A stretch of 64,000 nucleotides of DNA. Origin: Tubulanus polymorphus. Its lineage: Eukaryota > Animalia > Nemertea. Where the stretch lies: NCBI RefSeq assembly GCF_964204645.1, contig NC_134025.1, forward strand, positions 11,594,001 to 11,658,000, written 5' to 3'. A model generated the notes under the pieces. That model had not been told where the DNA came from, ran no database searches, and saw only the letters and a list, made by a program, of their open reading frames with translations. The position numbers and the translations under genes were made by a program. Below are positions 14,016-28,162 of the stretch, in pieces (the stretch's first letter is position 1; each line of letters opens with the position of its first letter).

Positions 14016-16429
14016 CATAGAATGATACTGTTCTTGAGGATCGTGACCATAGGAGATCTCCGCGGAGAGGAACCATTTCTGATGTTATATTTAGATAGAT
14101 TTTTTCTACCGAAATGAATAATGAATCAACAGATGAAACTCGAGCCATCCCCGCGACGCCGTTGTTCATTATCAATTCCATGTATTCATTCGATACGCAA
14201 TCGGGTACCGAGACAAGGGTCGCCAATAACAACCACCACCACAACTGAGAGCGAATCAAATTAAATTAATAAAAGTCGAATCGTGATTGGCATGCGCGGG
14301 CGTGATGGCAATCGGCGATGATTTTACCCCCTGTCGAAACGTGTCCACTCATCCTTCCAGTGTCGAAGCGCTCTAATCAGCATTCATAACAACCCACAAC
14401 GAATTCACGACTACAGCCACATGTTGCTGCCGCTATATGATAATTTCGACGCGCGTAGTGTGAACTTAATCAAATCTCAGTGAAGAAGAAATCAGGGAAA
14501 GTGGTTTCCGGCGCAGCGGCTAATCAATTGTGCCGTCCTATTTCCAGTCACACGGACGCAGCGCTGAAATTCGCCTCGGAAAAGTCAGAGCAGGCACCAA
14601 GCATGCCCCGAGAGAGATAGATGCGATCTTTGTGTTTGATGTGACTTACGGATGCTATGAAAAGTTTCAACGAAATGCATTATCATTGACTGCTACTAAT
14701 AAGTTCTATTCAGATTATGGTAAATACAAAGATAAATAAGAAAGAAGAAACTAATGTTTTTTCGACAATTCAAGAAAAGAACCAAGAGCGAGTTGGTTTC
14801 AGTAAATATTTTCTTAGATAACGTTGATTTTTGTTTCAGAGCAATGCGCACAATCGCAAGACTATGAAAGAAAGTGAAAAACTATAGCCAGTGAACAGTG
14901 GAAACGATTCACTTCGTAAGAATTAGTCTCAACTGAACAGTGAAATGCGTCAGCACACAATCGGTTTCTGGTTTTGATTTTTTGATGTCATAAAGCCGTT
15001 ACAATAATGTTTATACACATTGATACCTAGTATCAAAAATACATCCTCTTGATGTATTTTTGCTAGTTTGCGCTATATAAGGGGTTCTGTGTGTGTGAGT
15101 CAATGCGCACTACATCATCAATATTGGCGTTTCAAAATAACAATTACAAATGTGAATCTTGGCGTTGATTTTACTCAAATATACTTCTTACTTGATAAAT
15201 TTCAATAATCATTTGTGAGAGGCTGAGCGCTACGTCATCAATATATCAGGGCTAGACTGGTTGCCAGTCAATGTAAATTCAAAATCACTTTATTAATCCC
15301 AAATATCATCATATGATTTTCATATTGAGTTATATCATTTATTGTTGGCGATATTAAGCAATATGTGCGTTATTATTCAAGGCATCAATAAAACTAACAA
15401 ATCGGTTTTCTAGTTTCTTGCTATAAGCGCCAGGCTTACCAGGTCGCCCTACAACACGACGAACGAGGAATTAAACCATATCGGTCGTTTTTTTTTTGAC
15501 GCGTGAAGAATAACTTTCGAGGATGAAAAAGTTTCTGCCCGACGACAGATTTTCAGCGAAGCAATTTTTCATAACACGACGATTTATAAAACAACGACGA
15601 CGACGACGTTCAACGCAAGGAATATTGATGACGACGTTGTGTATAACTGGCTTTTGATGACGAACGAACGCCGGCTGCCGGGACTCGACGCCCGACGACG
15701 ATCGTTACGTCGCAACCCGTTCCGAAGGCCGAACGCGTTATGAGCGCGATTTAATCAAATTTTAATTTTCCTGTCACCGACGCTGCCGCAAAGCTTGAAA
15801 AATCGCCGCGCGCCGAAGACCGATGAGGACTTAGCCGGTATTACAAACAACTCGTTTATCAAGCGGGTTTTAAAGCGGCGAAGAACGTTTCATTATTCAA
15901 CCGCGCGTCACGATATAACTAAACCCCCTGCAGAAGAAGTTTTGAAGAAGTCGACGACGACACCCGCGCGACGAGACCATAATCGCCCCGTACCCTCCGA
16001 GACGCTCATTGATCTTGGTCGGATATATGCCGTTGTTTTCGTTGTTGTAAAAAGTAAATTTATTACAGTTATCCGGGCGAGATTATGTTATTATTTAACT
16101 CACTCTCGTAATCGATGCGAAATTAATTCCGTAAATAATGACGGATTTGAAAACATAATTCCGCCATCTCACAAGTGGCAATGAACTTACGAAGAGCGAC
16201 GACACCAAACCCGAGCGGTTATTATTTATAGTTATTGTGTAGTTTTGGCAGCTTCCGCCGGAGATTTCGTCGCGAAAAATTTGTCTCCGATAGAAAACAT
16301 TCGTTTTCTTTGTAAGAACGAATGACACCGATATTAAGTAGAGAATTCGAAAAGGGAGTTTGTTAATGAGATCATTTTCGTATGCCTTATCGATATCAGC
16401 TGATCTTAACTACAGAGAGTATTTGTTAA

Positions 16430-16854
16430 CCCTTAGCACTCAAGTCGCCCGAATCTGCCCTGATACTCTTTTCTGTCTGCTGCACAAAAACGGTTTTAGT
16501 GGGATTCGAACCGAATAGCTTAGGATAAACTAGACACCCCAAGTCCTCAGAATACCGTACAGAAATCAACATTTTCCTGTTTGAAATTCTCAAGTATTTG
16601 AAGTGTGACAGATCAGAGCTCTTCAAATCCAAGTAAGTCTGGGTGAATTTCGGCGGACCGAAATAACATGGTTTAGGTGGCCCACTTCATCAAATCTTAA
16701 ATCATATGAAAGCCTTGACTATTTACTACAAAATAACAGGTAATACATGAAAATAACCTGGGTATGAACTATTCTGTATCGCGATAAATTTAGATTTTCC
16801 CATGAATTTTCTCTGAGGAGTAATAGACTCTACATAGTGAAAAGTGCTAATGGG
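16430..16854. mobile_element. piggyBac-like non-autonomous element
   Basis: TTAA|CCCTTAGCACT ... AGTGCTAATGGG|TTAA: TTAA TSD with CCC/GGG termini. Confidence 0.65.
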
Positions 16855-17107
16855 TTAATATCTTCTTTATAAATTTTTGCTAAGAACTAATGGTCACCAA
16901 AGGATTTTTTTCATAACTAAAACTTTTCAGATATTTGTTGATTTTCTCATGGCCTATGTAAACCTTCCGCTGATAAAAAAGTTCAAATCCAGAAATTGGA
17001 ACCAGAACTTCGAGCTACTTTTTTATTGGAATTGGTTAGAGCATCTTTATAACTTCGATGAATACAAATCGCGCTGTTACACGAAAATAAAGAAGCTCCG
17101 GTACAAT

Positions 17108-17401
17108 AGCCGCGATCACACGAGCGTTTTTGGCCCGGACCAAATTTGGCCCGGACCAAATTTGGCCCGACCAAAAACGTCAGACCAGTCCCGAGCCAAA
17201 TTTTAGCACTAGACAAATGAATGCGTTTGAATTGCAACTGGTACTGGAAATGATCCACTCCACTTTGTTTGAGCATTGTTTAGTATCGAGTGAATGGTTA
17301 GTGTGTGAACGGGCTCTCTGATTAGGCACGGGCCAAATTTAGCTCGAGCCTGATCCGTGCCGATTTGGCCCGAGCCAAATCGTCTCCGTGTGATCGCGGC
17401 T
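17108..17401 (+). mobile_element. MITE family A, copy with both TIRs (Harbinger-like termini)
   Basis: 15-bp perfect TIR AGCCGCGATCACACG/CGTGTGATCGCGGCT. Internal tandem TTTGGCCCGGACCAAA units. TSD ambiguous (AT-rich). Confidence 0.8.
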
Positions 17402-17809
17402 TATTGAAGTGTCCCTCGGTTTGTAAGCGCATGATAAGCCGACGTCTGCTGAGGTTTCAAGTGCCGTACACCAAGGTCAGCTGTGCAGGTTTTTGCATAA
17501 AATCACGAGTCAAATAAATGATTGATGAAACTTTTCGTTAATCAAACATTTATTCAACCCGAATTGAATTGTGTCGCCGGATCGACTATCAATAATAAAA
17601 CTCAAGCTAAACTTCGTCGATTTCGAAACTTCACAGTCGTACGTACGCAACATAGCCTCGGTCAAATTCCTTTCTCGATGGGAGGACAAATACTTAGGAT
17701 TCTAGATTTTGAGTGATAAACAAAAAGATTTTTCTATAAATAACTTATCATACGATATGATTGACATCATCGATACGTTATGATGACACGCTCCTCACTA
17801 CAATCACTA

Positions 17810-18083
17810 TCTTCACTAAAACATCCCTTTTTGGCAATTAATGATAGGGTTACACATAAATTTGCTCAAGATGGATCATTCTGGATTAAAGAAATTTGAC
17901 TCTCTTCACTAAAACATCCCTTTTTGGCAATTAATGATAGGGTTACACATAAATTTGCTCAAGATGGATCATTCTGGATTAAAGAAATTTCACTCTCTTC
18001 ACTAAAACATCCCTTTTTGGCAATTAATGATAGGGTTACTCATAAATTTGCTCACGATGGATCATTCTAGATTTCAGAAATTT
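17810..18083. repeat. 93-bp tandem repeat, about 3 copies
   Basis: CTTCACTAAAACATCCCTTTTTGGC.. starts at 17811, 17904 and 17997, nearly identical. Confidence 0.95.
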
Positions 18084-19559
18084 GTTTAGAGTTGATCAAC
18101 ATCCAATTGAAGCAATCTCCAATTGGGAATAGTTAATAATTGATGCAATTTGAAAAAGTATCTTCAGACACTTCCAAATTACGCTGTAATCGGAGATGAT
18201 CAGATTTGACAATTAAGAATTGTCTCTATTTCGCGATCAGAAAAATTTGGAAGTTAAGTCATATACTTAGATTTGAAAAATGAGAGACTTAACTTTTAAT
18301 TGTATCTGTCAGGCGAGAATTATTAGCAAAATTTGCTCCGTGTCATTACTGTGATATAATTGCTGGATTGCATGTGAAATGGTACAAGTAATGATCACTG
18401 CAGTTGTACCAAATATTCATTATTATAGTCATTCGCCTATCTATCATTCAATCGAAATAGATTGAATCTCGGCAGTTTTGTTAACTCTTCATAATTCAAA
18501 GTAATAGGAGCGAAAAGTGCATATAATTCTTATATCAAACGCGCATCAATCTAATCGAAATGGTGTCTTTACGCTAGATACAATTCCATAATAAAAAGAA
18601 TGATATTTGTTCTCCCGCGAAAGAGATTCGAACGCGTTTTTGGTGTCGATGTTTCATTTTTCAAACCCCCCAGTTGGCCCGGATTCCGGGTAGCGCAACA
18701 ATCTATTTGAAAAAGAACGCTAAAAAGTCGCACACAACAACATACAAATCCGAAACTGATTCGGGTCTATGACGCATTGGCATCTATGACGCAATGCTAC
18801 TGTGGCAAGCAAGAATTTCGCAGGTACGCTTATGGTTAATGGGTTACCGTGATCAGCCATGTGATCTGTCACTGCCATTGATTGGTTTCACCATGCTGGT
18901 TTTGGTAAACTGTGTTTCCAGTTTCCAGTCACAAAAGCATTTCTTTTTTATATAAGAGTTTATTTCTTGCTCTGGGCGCTGGGCCTTTTGATAAAACGCT
19001 CAGCAAAAAAACTAACTTAGATCTCTTTTTCACATGGGGTCAGCTGAATGATGCAATATGCAAGGGGATAGCCAATCGGGGCATACTAGCCGAGAGCTAT
19101 CAGAACCCGATATAAACATGGCTTACATGTTAAGTTATTAAACCACTTTGGGAATTAACTCACTTGATCGTAACATCAATAAGCCCTGAAAACTAAAACC
19201 CGAAAATAGTATCATGCGCGCAGCTAACATTTAGCGTTTTTTTGTAACATCCTTTCATGTCGCGATGCACCAGGCTCCCCGTAGATGAAAACCTCGATGA
19301 TAAGAATGCGAAAGAAAATGTCATCGGCGAATTCCAAGAACCAACTTCACACACAACTGAGGATTCATCATTTTAGTTGGCAGTGATGCAATTATGCATA
19401 TGAACTGTTTAAAAAAACCTCGCCGCGTGGGAGTAATTCTGAATTCTCCATACAATTCTTTGCTTCTTCCACGGAGGTAAGACTGCCATTTTTTGTACTA
19501 AGTTGGATTATGGACCACGGCACCCTTCATTTCTATACATAGATATGGGAAAAAATATT

Positions 19560-19619
19560 TGCAATTTTTCCCACTGCTCGTTTGTCAACTTGACTTAACG
19601 AGCAGTGGGAAAAATTGCA
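19560..19619. repeat. Perfect 23-bp inverted repeat (60-nt hairpin)
   Basis: TGCAATTTTTCCCACTGCTCGTT - 14 nt - AACGAGCAGTGGGAAAAATTGCA. Confidence 0.9.
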
Positions 19620-20373
19620 CAAAGAAAAATTGCGTTGGACATTGGTATTTTCAATCACTACCTAACTGTTACACTGATGTGTCTAGGATGTTCTTTTTTC
19701 TAAAATTACCCACCCCAACCCTAGATTGGTAAAGAATTCAGTATCTATTAAGAAAAGAATTACTCATTTTATTTCTCGCATACTTTCTGAGTTTGAGAAT
19801 AGAATAAATGCCTCCATCCTTATCATTTCTGCAAATTGAATCAAATCGCTGAACATGCGGGCATGGGCCTGAATATCTTATCTAACTTTTAACATTTTTG
19901 ATCACAAAGATTCTGCTTTACCTAGCATGACTAACGGTTACGGTGAAAAAAGATTTTCTCAAATTCTAAAATCAAAAGACAATTCTACATAATCAACTTC
20001 AACAGCACGGCGTACAGAGGTTGGCGCGATCAGGAAATAAAAACCGATGAAATTCATCGCTTAGCGTTCAAGACGAAGAAGCAACCAAATATTCATACGT
20101 CAGCGAGCGAAGTTAAGCAAATTCAAATGCATTTTGAACAAGCCGCATCATATATCCATTTGTCTTGAGCATTGTCATATGCAAAATGGAACTCGAAACG
20201 AATCAATCTATTTTTTGAAAGAGCAAAGTCATTATACTGTAATGCTAATGCGCGGTCATCTATCATCGAAGTCGTACGAACTTTACACCAAACAAAGCCG
20301 TCAGTTTTCTCCCTCCGAGAAAGAGAGCTCGTTTTCTCAGCTTCGAAAGAGCTGTTTTTGATAACTAAAAAAC

Positions 20374-20416
<43 letters not shown>

Positions 20417-20715
20417 TAATTTATTTTCTATAGTAATAATAAAAATAATAACAATAATTTATTTTCTTATATAGCGCTTAACTAAAAATCATAATCTAAG
20501 CGCTTTACATTATAAAACATATGCAGCATATTAATTTAAAACAATTGTACAATTATAGATAAGAACAAAAAAAGGTATGTTTTAAGGCAAGCTTTAAAAG
20601 AGTCAACCGAGGGACTTTCATGGATGTTGGTCGGAAGAGTATTCCACAAACGAGGAGCGCAGTAGCTGAAGGCACGGTCACCGAAAGAACGATTTGAGAC
20701 AGGAACAATAAAACC
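20374..20715 (-). mobile_element. L2-clade LINE 3' end with (TTA)n tail
   Basis: Minus strand encodes FIVPVSNRSFGDRAFSYCAPRLWNTLPTNIHESPSVDSFKACLKTYLF (L2 ORF2 C-terminus), then a 3'UTR AAGCGCTTAG..TAAGCGCTATATAA stem-loop and a (TTA)n microsatellite tail. Confidence 0.85.
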
Positions 20716-22719
20716 ACTGAATTCATGTACTAATGATACACGTTACACAGAAAACAACTAAGGTGGGAAAAGACGAAAACGACATCAGAAATCACAAAAG
20801 TTCTCATACTTTTTATCGCAGAGTTCTTTTCATTTCAAAAGATATTTATTCAGGAAAGCAGTGCTTGAGCGATGAAGGTTTCGTTAAAATTTGGGCTCGA
20901 TTATCCACATCCAATCCTAAAAATGTACCGTTTAATCAAATAAGGCTATGTCAGTTCTATAAGTAGAACTTGATTTTTTTCAAAAAATACTTATAGACTT
21001 ATCACTTTATATCAAAAGGGAAAGACTCGAACATTTTTTAATCTTCATTCAATCCGAATGAAATTTTTTTTTTAAACAATGCTGTTATCCTGGGTAGCGG
21101 ACCAAGGCGGCATTTTATATGCGTATGATAGAAAATGAATTCGTGGTATGATTCATAATGAACAATCTCTAGTTACTTAGAACAAAGGATGAGCAATTAT
21201 CCGACGATATCTAGGGAAACTTGACATGCTCGATCAAATAGAGTGGGTGAGTAAATTGGCAAAAGTTAGAAATACTTGAAAGTCTGAAATATATGTTCAA
21301 CATATTTGAACATATTTCTGCATGCAAATCAGACTGCCTGGTATTTCTATCTGTTTTCCATAAACAGGAGTAATTTGACATTTCAATTGAAAATGAACTT
21401 GTCTAATATTACTAACTATTTTTTGGAGTTATTGGGGCCTTAAAAGAGTAGGAAACTAATCTCAAATAGTAGTATTAGCAGTCATGTCTGGACATAAAGG
21501 CCGCATAGCGTGATCGCATTAGAGGCTTTAATGAACTCAAGATTGTCGGCACGTTTGTGTAAAATGCTGTCGAATCGAAAAATTTCGACGCAGTCCCAGA
21601 TTATCGAGAACTGCCAGTCGAGGACTTCTCTCGACGGATTCGTCACTTCAGAACCAAGGACAACAACAGCGATGGCGTCGGGTGAACAGTCATGACACAT
21701 CTAAGTGCAACGCAGATGAAAACTCTAAGTCGATTGAATCATCGTATTTGATTACTCAACGATACACTAGATTTGGAACACTGGCTGAATTTGCGCACCA
21801 TGAAAATAACCTGTCAAAATTTCATGATTGATTACTTAAGCGCAATAAATCAACGCGCGAGTACCAACTGCTCCGGCAACTCCAGCCCGGCCTGCCGTCA
21901 TTGGAAACGATCGGAAGTGACTTGTCGTTCCGACCAGGGGACCGAGGAATTTTTGCGCGCTGCACACAACACGTTGCGTCTCACTACCGTCTCAATATCG
22001 CAGCGTACGTAATGATATCGAAAAATATTCACAGCTCAATATCGTACCATCGGGCGACGGAAAAAATAATCAATTGAAAAGGAAGATCGCGTCGTAGCGA
22101 CTGCCGGAATATTATCATCGGCGCGAAGCCACCCGCAAATGTTGCGCAATCTGCTGATCGATATGATGCTATATTTCCGATAAATGGCGAAATATAAAAT
22201 GACAGGAGAAAGATGACCAACGCGTTGACAACAGCAAACACATTGATAATACCAGACATTATCAAAGCCATTGAAGAGGAGTTCATATCCGTCAAAAAGA
22301 TATTATGTCTAATGCTGGTAGGGGAACAATGATAGAATTGCTGTAATCGGTACATGATGGACTGCATACTATTAACTACTTCCGCACTTAGGCGGTCTAA
22401 TCATAAAGGCACAGTGGTCGAGTGGTTAAGTCATTGGTCTTTTTACATGCTGCTTTCACTAATCCAGGGTTTATGGGTTTGAGGGTATGCAGGACCCAGG
22501 AAAATGAGCGGAAAAAATAATAGGCATGCCAAAACTGTACTCAGTAACCGTTTGTTCACAAAATGTGCATCATGTTTACTATATTGTTCAACAAGCCATA
22601 CCGAACAAAGGTTCCCGGGCTTGGGCTCGAACCTGTTGCCACTGACATAAGCATGATATGCTCTAAAATTCCCATATAGCTAAATTTTGTCAAGACAACC
22701 TCTTGAATTTCAGCCCCAT

Positions 22720-22935
22720 TCCTCACTGATGAGGTCATCTTCAAGGTCATGTCACTGAAAAAGCTTTCAGTGCCTAGTTCTGCCGTTAGGTGGCGCACTG
22801 GCCCCATTCTTTGCACTGCACAACAAGACTCCCAGTGTACCCAAATTTCATCGAGATCAACTCACTGTTTATGAAGCTTAGTCGTTGAACGCCAGACACA
22901 CATATAGACAGACAGATGGATAGTATGAAAATAAG
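22720..22935. mobile_element. Possible Helitron/Helentron-derived non-autonomous repeat
   Basis: TCAAGGTCA and CCAAATTTCAT motifs and a degenerate CAGA microsatellite, resembling common invertebrate repeats. Ends not defined. Confidence 0.3.
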
Positions 22936-23892
22936 GGTCTGAGAACCTAACATACAGAATCAGGCTTTCATCGCAATCTCCACCGAACAAGGTTCCTAGA
23001 GAAGTAGTAGGTAAAACGAACCCTAGAAAGTTTTCGGATTTAGCAGCTGAAGCGGCGGCGGCGAATTGCGTCGAAATTATGATATACGACTTGAGCGCAT
23101 AGCAACTTATCAAACAAATTAATGTTCCCAAATGGCATCGATCAATGTCAAACGCTGCGAATAATCATTAGAACACGACTAATTATCAAATACTGAGAAC
23201 CAGCGCCATAAACGTCGACACCAGTCGTCATTATTTTCCCATTAATTCGAAACGCTTTTTAGACCTGGTCAGCGCTGCACGACAAAAATTGAGACGTTAA
23301 TAAATAATTTGAAAATGATGTCTGAAGTTTCTATCTGGATAGTTATAGGACTCCCAACAAGTGACAACTTCTTTCTTTCGAAAATTCCAATACATGACAT
23401 GATATATAAGATATTTAGATATTCAAATTCATTATACTCGAATCTACAATAACGAAATCTACAAGGGAAAGCGAAATGATAATTATGATAAAACAATGCC
23501 CATGAGTTCATGATATAATGAAGGATGCTTGTCAAGCATAAAGACAGTGCACGAGATGTGGACATGAGTGAGTTCCTTTTGGTTACAGGAGATGACGATA
23601 TAAACCGGAGAAATTAATCCAAATTTCCTTTAGTCCATCATCAACTGCTTTTAAAAGACGTATAACCGTTTATCCGTCATTATAATTGCAGGATCTTGCT
23701 ACCAACTATATCTCTGTGTTATCAAGCTTCCCATTAAGCTAGAGGCACATGAGTGTATATTCTCGCCCGGTTTGATATTTCGTCTTGCAACCACACCAGA
23801 ATTTTTGGCCCATGCTCACGGCAATTGTTCCCACCAATGGTCTTGTGCCTGTTTGACACGACCAAGTTCCGACCGAACAAAAACATCGGACC

Positions 23893-24344
23893 TGAAATGC
23901 AGCCATTTGGCCAGCAGAAGATGAACAAGACACTTCATTAACATCTTGTTGTTATAGATCTACTGAATGCATGGAAGATCAATTTATCAGGCAAAGGCAT
24001 CTGTGGAAAATTTGCATCTGAAAGTGAATCAAGGTCTTATTAATTCAACTTTATAACGCTTATGAATACGTTGATAAGTCCCAACAGGACAACCTATCAT
24101 AACAGCGGACACTTTTCATAACAGTTGCGCCCAACCGATGGTATTTATAATCTAAAACTTATCAGTTCAAAAACCGCATTTTCCCACCAGTTCAAAGCAA
24201 ACTCTTTACTTCGGGGCAGACATCGGAGCCCCGGGAAGAAGCATTTTTTGTCTGCAATGCGGCCGGTTGGCAGACGGAAGATGAATAGGACAGTTCATTA
24301 ACCTTTTGTCGTTATAGATCTATTGAATTCACGGAAGATCTATT
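23893..24344. repeat. Diverged ~90-bp direct duplication (23893-23985 / 24253-24344)
   Basis: GAAGATGAA..GACA..TTCATTAAC..GTTATAGATCTA.TGAAT.CA.GGAAGATC occurs in both copies, offset about 360 bp. Confidence 0.8.
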
Positions 24345-24625
24345 TTTCATAACAGTTATAAACGAGGTTTAAATGGACATGCGAGACACAAGCAACCAAG
24401 CTGTTCTCGCCGTAGCGTAGCAGGAGATACGCCGGTTATTAATCTCAATGATCGTGCAACGATAATAAACCGTGCGCATTTCAGTCGTCCGGGTGATTAA
24501 TAGACACGTTGTGACAAAACCTCAATAAACACATGTTGTCCTGTTTTGTCGTTATTTTCCACCGGCAAAAGGCAAAAAACGCGGCTCAGTATCCAAGCCG
24601 CCGAGCTTCACAACCCGAATCTAGG

Positions 24626-24928
24626 ATTATGATAATGATAGTAATAACAATTGCCATTTATATAGCGCAGGTATCCTAACCAGAGTCAGTTCGAAATGTG
24701 CTCCGAATTTGGTACAACTTCTCCCAGCGTATAACTCAATTCCATGTATCGGTCATCTCTCCCTGGGGAGAAGTAACATCCGAGCAGCTGCTAGGCACTC
24801 AGGAGTCAGCTATCAGGCCAGTTACCCATTTACTCCTGTACTTTTTATCGGGTGGAAAGAGGCAATGAGGAAAAATATCTTGCCCGGGGACACTACGGTA
24901 TTGTACGGGGTTCGAACCCACAATCTTA
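24626..24928 (-). mobile_element. tRNA-derived CORE-like SINE with L2-type tail
   Basis: Minus strand: B-box GGTTCGAACCC, core-like GTGTCCCCGGGCAAGATA..TGCCTCTTTCCACCC..GTAAATGGGTAAC, and a 3' GCGCTATATAAAT plus (TAT)-rich tail. Confidence 0.7.
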
Positions 24929-27313
24929 TTACTAATTAATGTAATTAACGGCCAGAAAGAGAAATGCCGTGGCTGAGAGAGTTCGAACCAGTCCTGGCAC
25001 TAGTATTGCAATTTATATCAATCCAGGCGTTTAGTCGATGTTGCCAATTGGGAACAAGAAATGGCATACCAAAAAAGATACGCATGTTTATACAATGATT
25101 TCCTTTAATCAAACCGTGGACTTCAAAACTGTTTCGTTTTAGAATCCATGATGAAACCATGCTTAGATGTGACAATCGACTCGAAATCCTACCAACTCAT
25201 ATCTCCACAGTTACGACTGCTGCAGTTCTGTATGCTGCAGTTCCCTATGCTAATGAAATATCTGTGATTTCGACCCAATCCGACCGATCCGTCTGCCATC
25301 AGCGGTTAGGGAATTCATTCAATCAGAGGAATTCAAAATACAATAATTCACCGCCCGACTACCACTGCGCAATGAACTACCGAGCGAGAAACCTTGACCC
25401 GTTCGAATCTTCGGCAGAATGACTGATCGAAAACGCAACGTTTTGTTTTCGCCGGGCACGCGCGCGCGAATGCAACCGCACGAACTGGAAGACATCGGAG
25501 AAATCGTCGAGGGCACGACCCGCGCACGATGCGAAACCTACGGAGACATCAAACGTACATCGAATCGAATAAAACATAACCGGATTAATTGCCAGCGCTG
25601 TCCGCCATATGACGAAAGCAGAACTGCGAAATCCGAATACGAGAGCTAGATCAAAGCGTATCTGGTAAACCTGATTTACGTTCATCTTGAACTCATCTGG
25701 CCGAGCAGATTCGATGAACAGATTTCGCTCGCCGTAATCTATCGATTGCTCACAGGTTGAGATGAGTACAACTAACTGAACCATCAGAATCTTCTTTTTC
25801 TCGTTCATTCATTATACCATTCATTATACCAAGTCATAAGTAAACTTCAAGATTCGGTGAATAACCTAAACTTAGTAAATGTGGGCACGATTATAGCGTT
25901 TGATTCGTTTCCTAAAGGAGTAAAGGCTCATCAACAAAACTGGGTTCACTATTCATATATGCTCGTACTTCCGGTTCTGTAACCAGTACCACAACGAATA
26001 TATTAGTAGCTGATTTTTCGGTATCATCACTCGTTTCGATGTACTTCCCAAATCTGATCAAACCAGTAAAGCAATCCAAGGAAAGTCAATATGACCACAT
26101 CGTCATCCGCACATGGTAATAACACAGTTCCTGATTGGCTGGCAATATGAACGAACTCTGTTTCGTTCTCAATGCTCATTGGTTGATTTTGAGCTAAGGC
26201 CGACTACGTAAGGATGTCAGCACCAACCTACGAGTATACTGTTAGTGGCAATTGGGGGCAGCACTGTAGTCATCACGGCGGCAGCGAGCATGCTAAAACC
26301 CAGTTCAAAATAATCTCTCCGGGCCCAGTATTTCCACCTTCTAAGCATGGATTCCAATCTGATAGCATCGCAACTATAAAACCCAAGTAGAGCACCAGTA
26401 GACCCAGTGCACATAGAACAATTTACTGAGCGAATCATATTGTCCATTCAGGTTGCCCATTAAATAAACACTTTGGCAAGTTTATGTATCAAAATATATG
26501 ACCCAAACCAAATTGGAATACATTTTGGATTGACTGATAGATTCAATACTGTCGCACAGTTTCAAAAGTTTCGAAGTTTTCCAATTCCAGGTTCGGAAAA
26601 GTTGAATTTGTAGTTTCAAGTTTCCTCCTTCAAGTCAAAACTGCCTTAACTGCTTGATGGACAGTACGAGTAGCACCACTTTCCGGAATTATCGGAATGG
26701 TTATCGGTTAATTCGATTGATCCGCGCTCTTCATTGAGAACTTTCTCCCGAGTTGTAATGACATGCAAATATAATGATTCAACAGTTCATTTCGGATGAA
26801 TCCGGCGCTATCGAGATTCGATTACGTGCGTTCGAGAAATATGCCCCGCAGCCCACGGCGAAAATCATCGTCCATACAGATTGACCACGACGGAATCATC
26901 AACGCGTTTCTGGCTACGACGATGTAATTCACTCATAGCTGAAATCATAGCGATACACTCGAGTTGTTGATGTAAGTAGGGGCGATTTGAAGTAATTGGA
27001 ATAATTCAGCAAAAATGAAGGATCGCCTATACAGCATAATTATGTATGGGACCTAAACCATAGAATATAAATCGAATAACGCCATGGTCGTACTGAAACA
27101 AAAACGATGAACACAAAACGCATGTTCACGCATTTTGGTACTTACTACCCATTATAAACGATGTGGCCCAAAGCAAGAAGCGTACAATCTGATAGAACCC
27201 TCTATGATGGCAAGGTTATCCCACGTGCAGGGTTCATAGTGTCCATGACCAATCTCATTCAATGACTTTATAGGATATTTTTGACTCCCATTCCAGGACT
27301 TATATATAATCAT

Positions 27314-27459
<146 letters not shown>

Positions 27460-27829
27460 CATTATATCTGCATTGTCCAGAAGCATTGTTGTCATTGGAG
27501 TTGAGATACATCATCAGACTAGTTACACTAAATCGAACAATGCCACGATCTTATATAATGTACCCTATGGATATGTGACCAAAAGCTTCAAATTGTATTT
27601 GCCTGGTTAGGCGATGCCATTCCAGGACCATGACCATGATTAAAGGACTTATGAGCCCATTCCATGATACTCTTTAATAGACCCGTTCCCATTCACAACT
27701 TTGAAGGACCTTCAAGGACTATGAACCCTACATCGACCCTACTGTGGCGACGCCCCAGTGCGACACATTATGAAAAAGCAGCTTTCGCCACAAAAAGGTT
27801 AGAACGATCAATGATAAACGCAAACTTAC

Positions 27830-27984
27830 CGGGAACATTAATCAAGAAGTTGTACATGCTGTCAACTTGACCAGCTGGATTCTCGGCGGTGCATGAGTAG
27901 ACTCCATTATCAGACGCTTGCACTCCCGTTACTTTCAGTCGCCGACCACTATCAAATATCCGAGTCTTATCATTGTTGAATAAC
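27830..27984 (-). CDS. PTK7: PTK7-like receptor, exon 4 (C-half of Ig domain 2)
   Basis: tttcag acceptor, gtaagt donor, 155 nt, phase 2-1. Encodes LFNNDKTRIFDSGRRLKVTGVQASDNGVYSCTAENPAGQVDSMYNFLINVP, with the Ig DxGxYxC motif. Confidence 0.9.
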
Positions 27985-28162
27985 CTGAAACATTTCACCA
28001 TTCGCTAATTAAGAAAATACTACGGAGGAGAAATTGTCAGGAGTACTACGGTAAATTCTAGGGGCGTAAAGGAGGAATTTCTGTTTTAGGACAATTAAAC
28101 ATTTGCCCTAGCCTCACAATCAGGTACAGTCGGCTCTGCCTGGCTTTAAATTTAATCTCTAT

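Noticed and set aside
20123-20474. Poly-Leu signal-like and poly-Asn ORFs
   Set aside because: Translation of the (AAT)n tail of an L2 LINE.
22409-22490. tRNA gene (A-box GTGGTCGAGTGG)
   Set aside because: No proper B-box or cloverleaf. At most a decayed SINE head.
22726-22760. CTGATGAG as a hammerhead core (also at 60148)
   Set aside because: No stem II closed by GAAA and no stem I complement.
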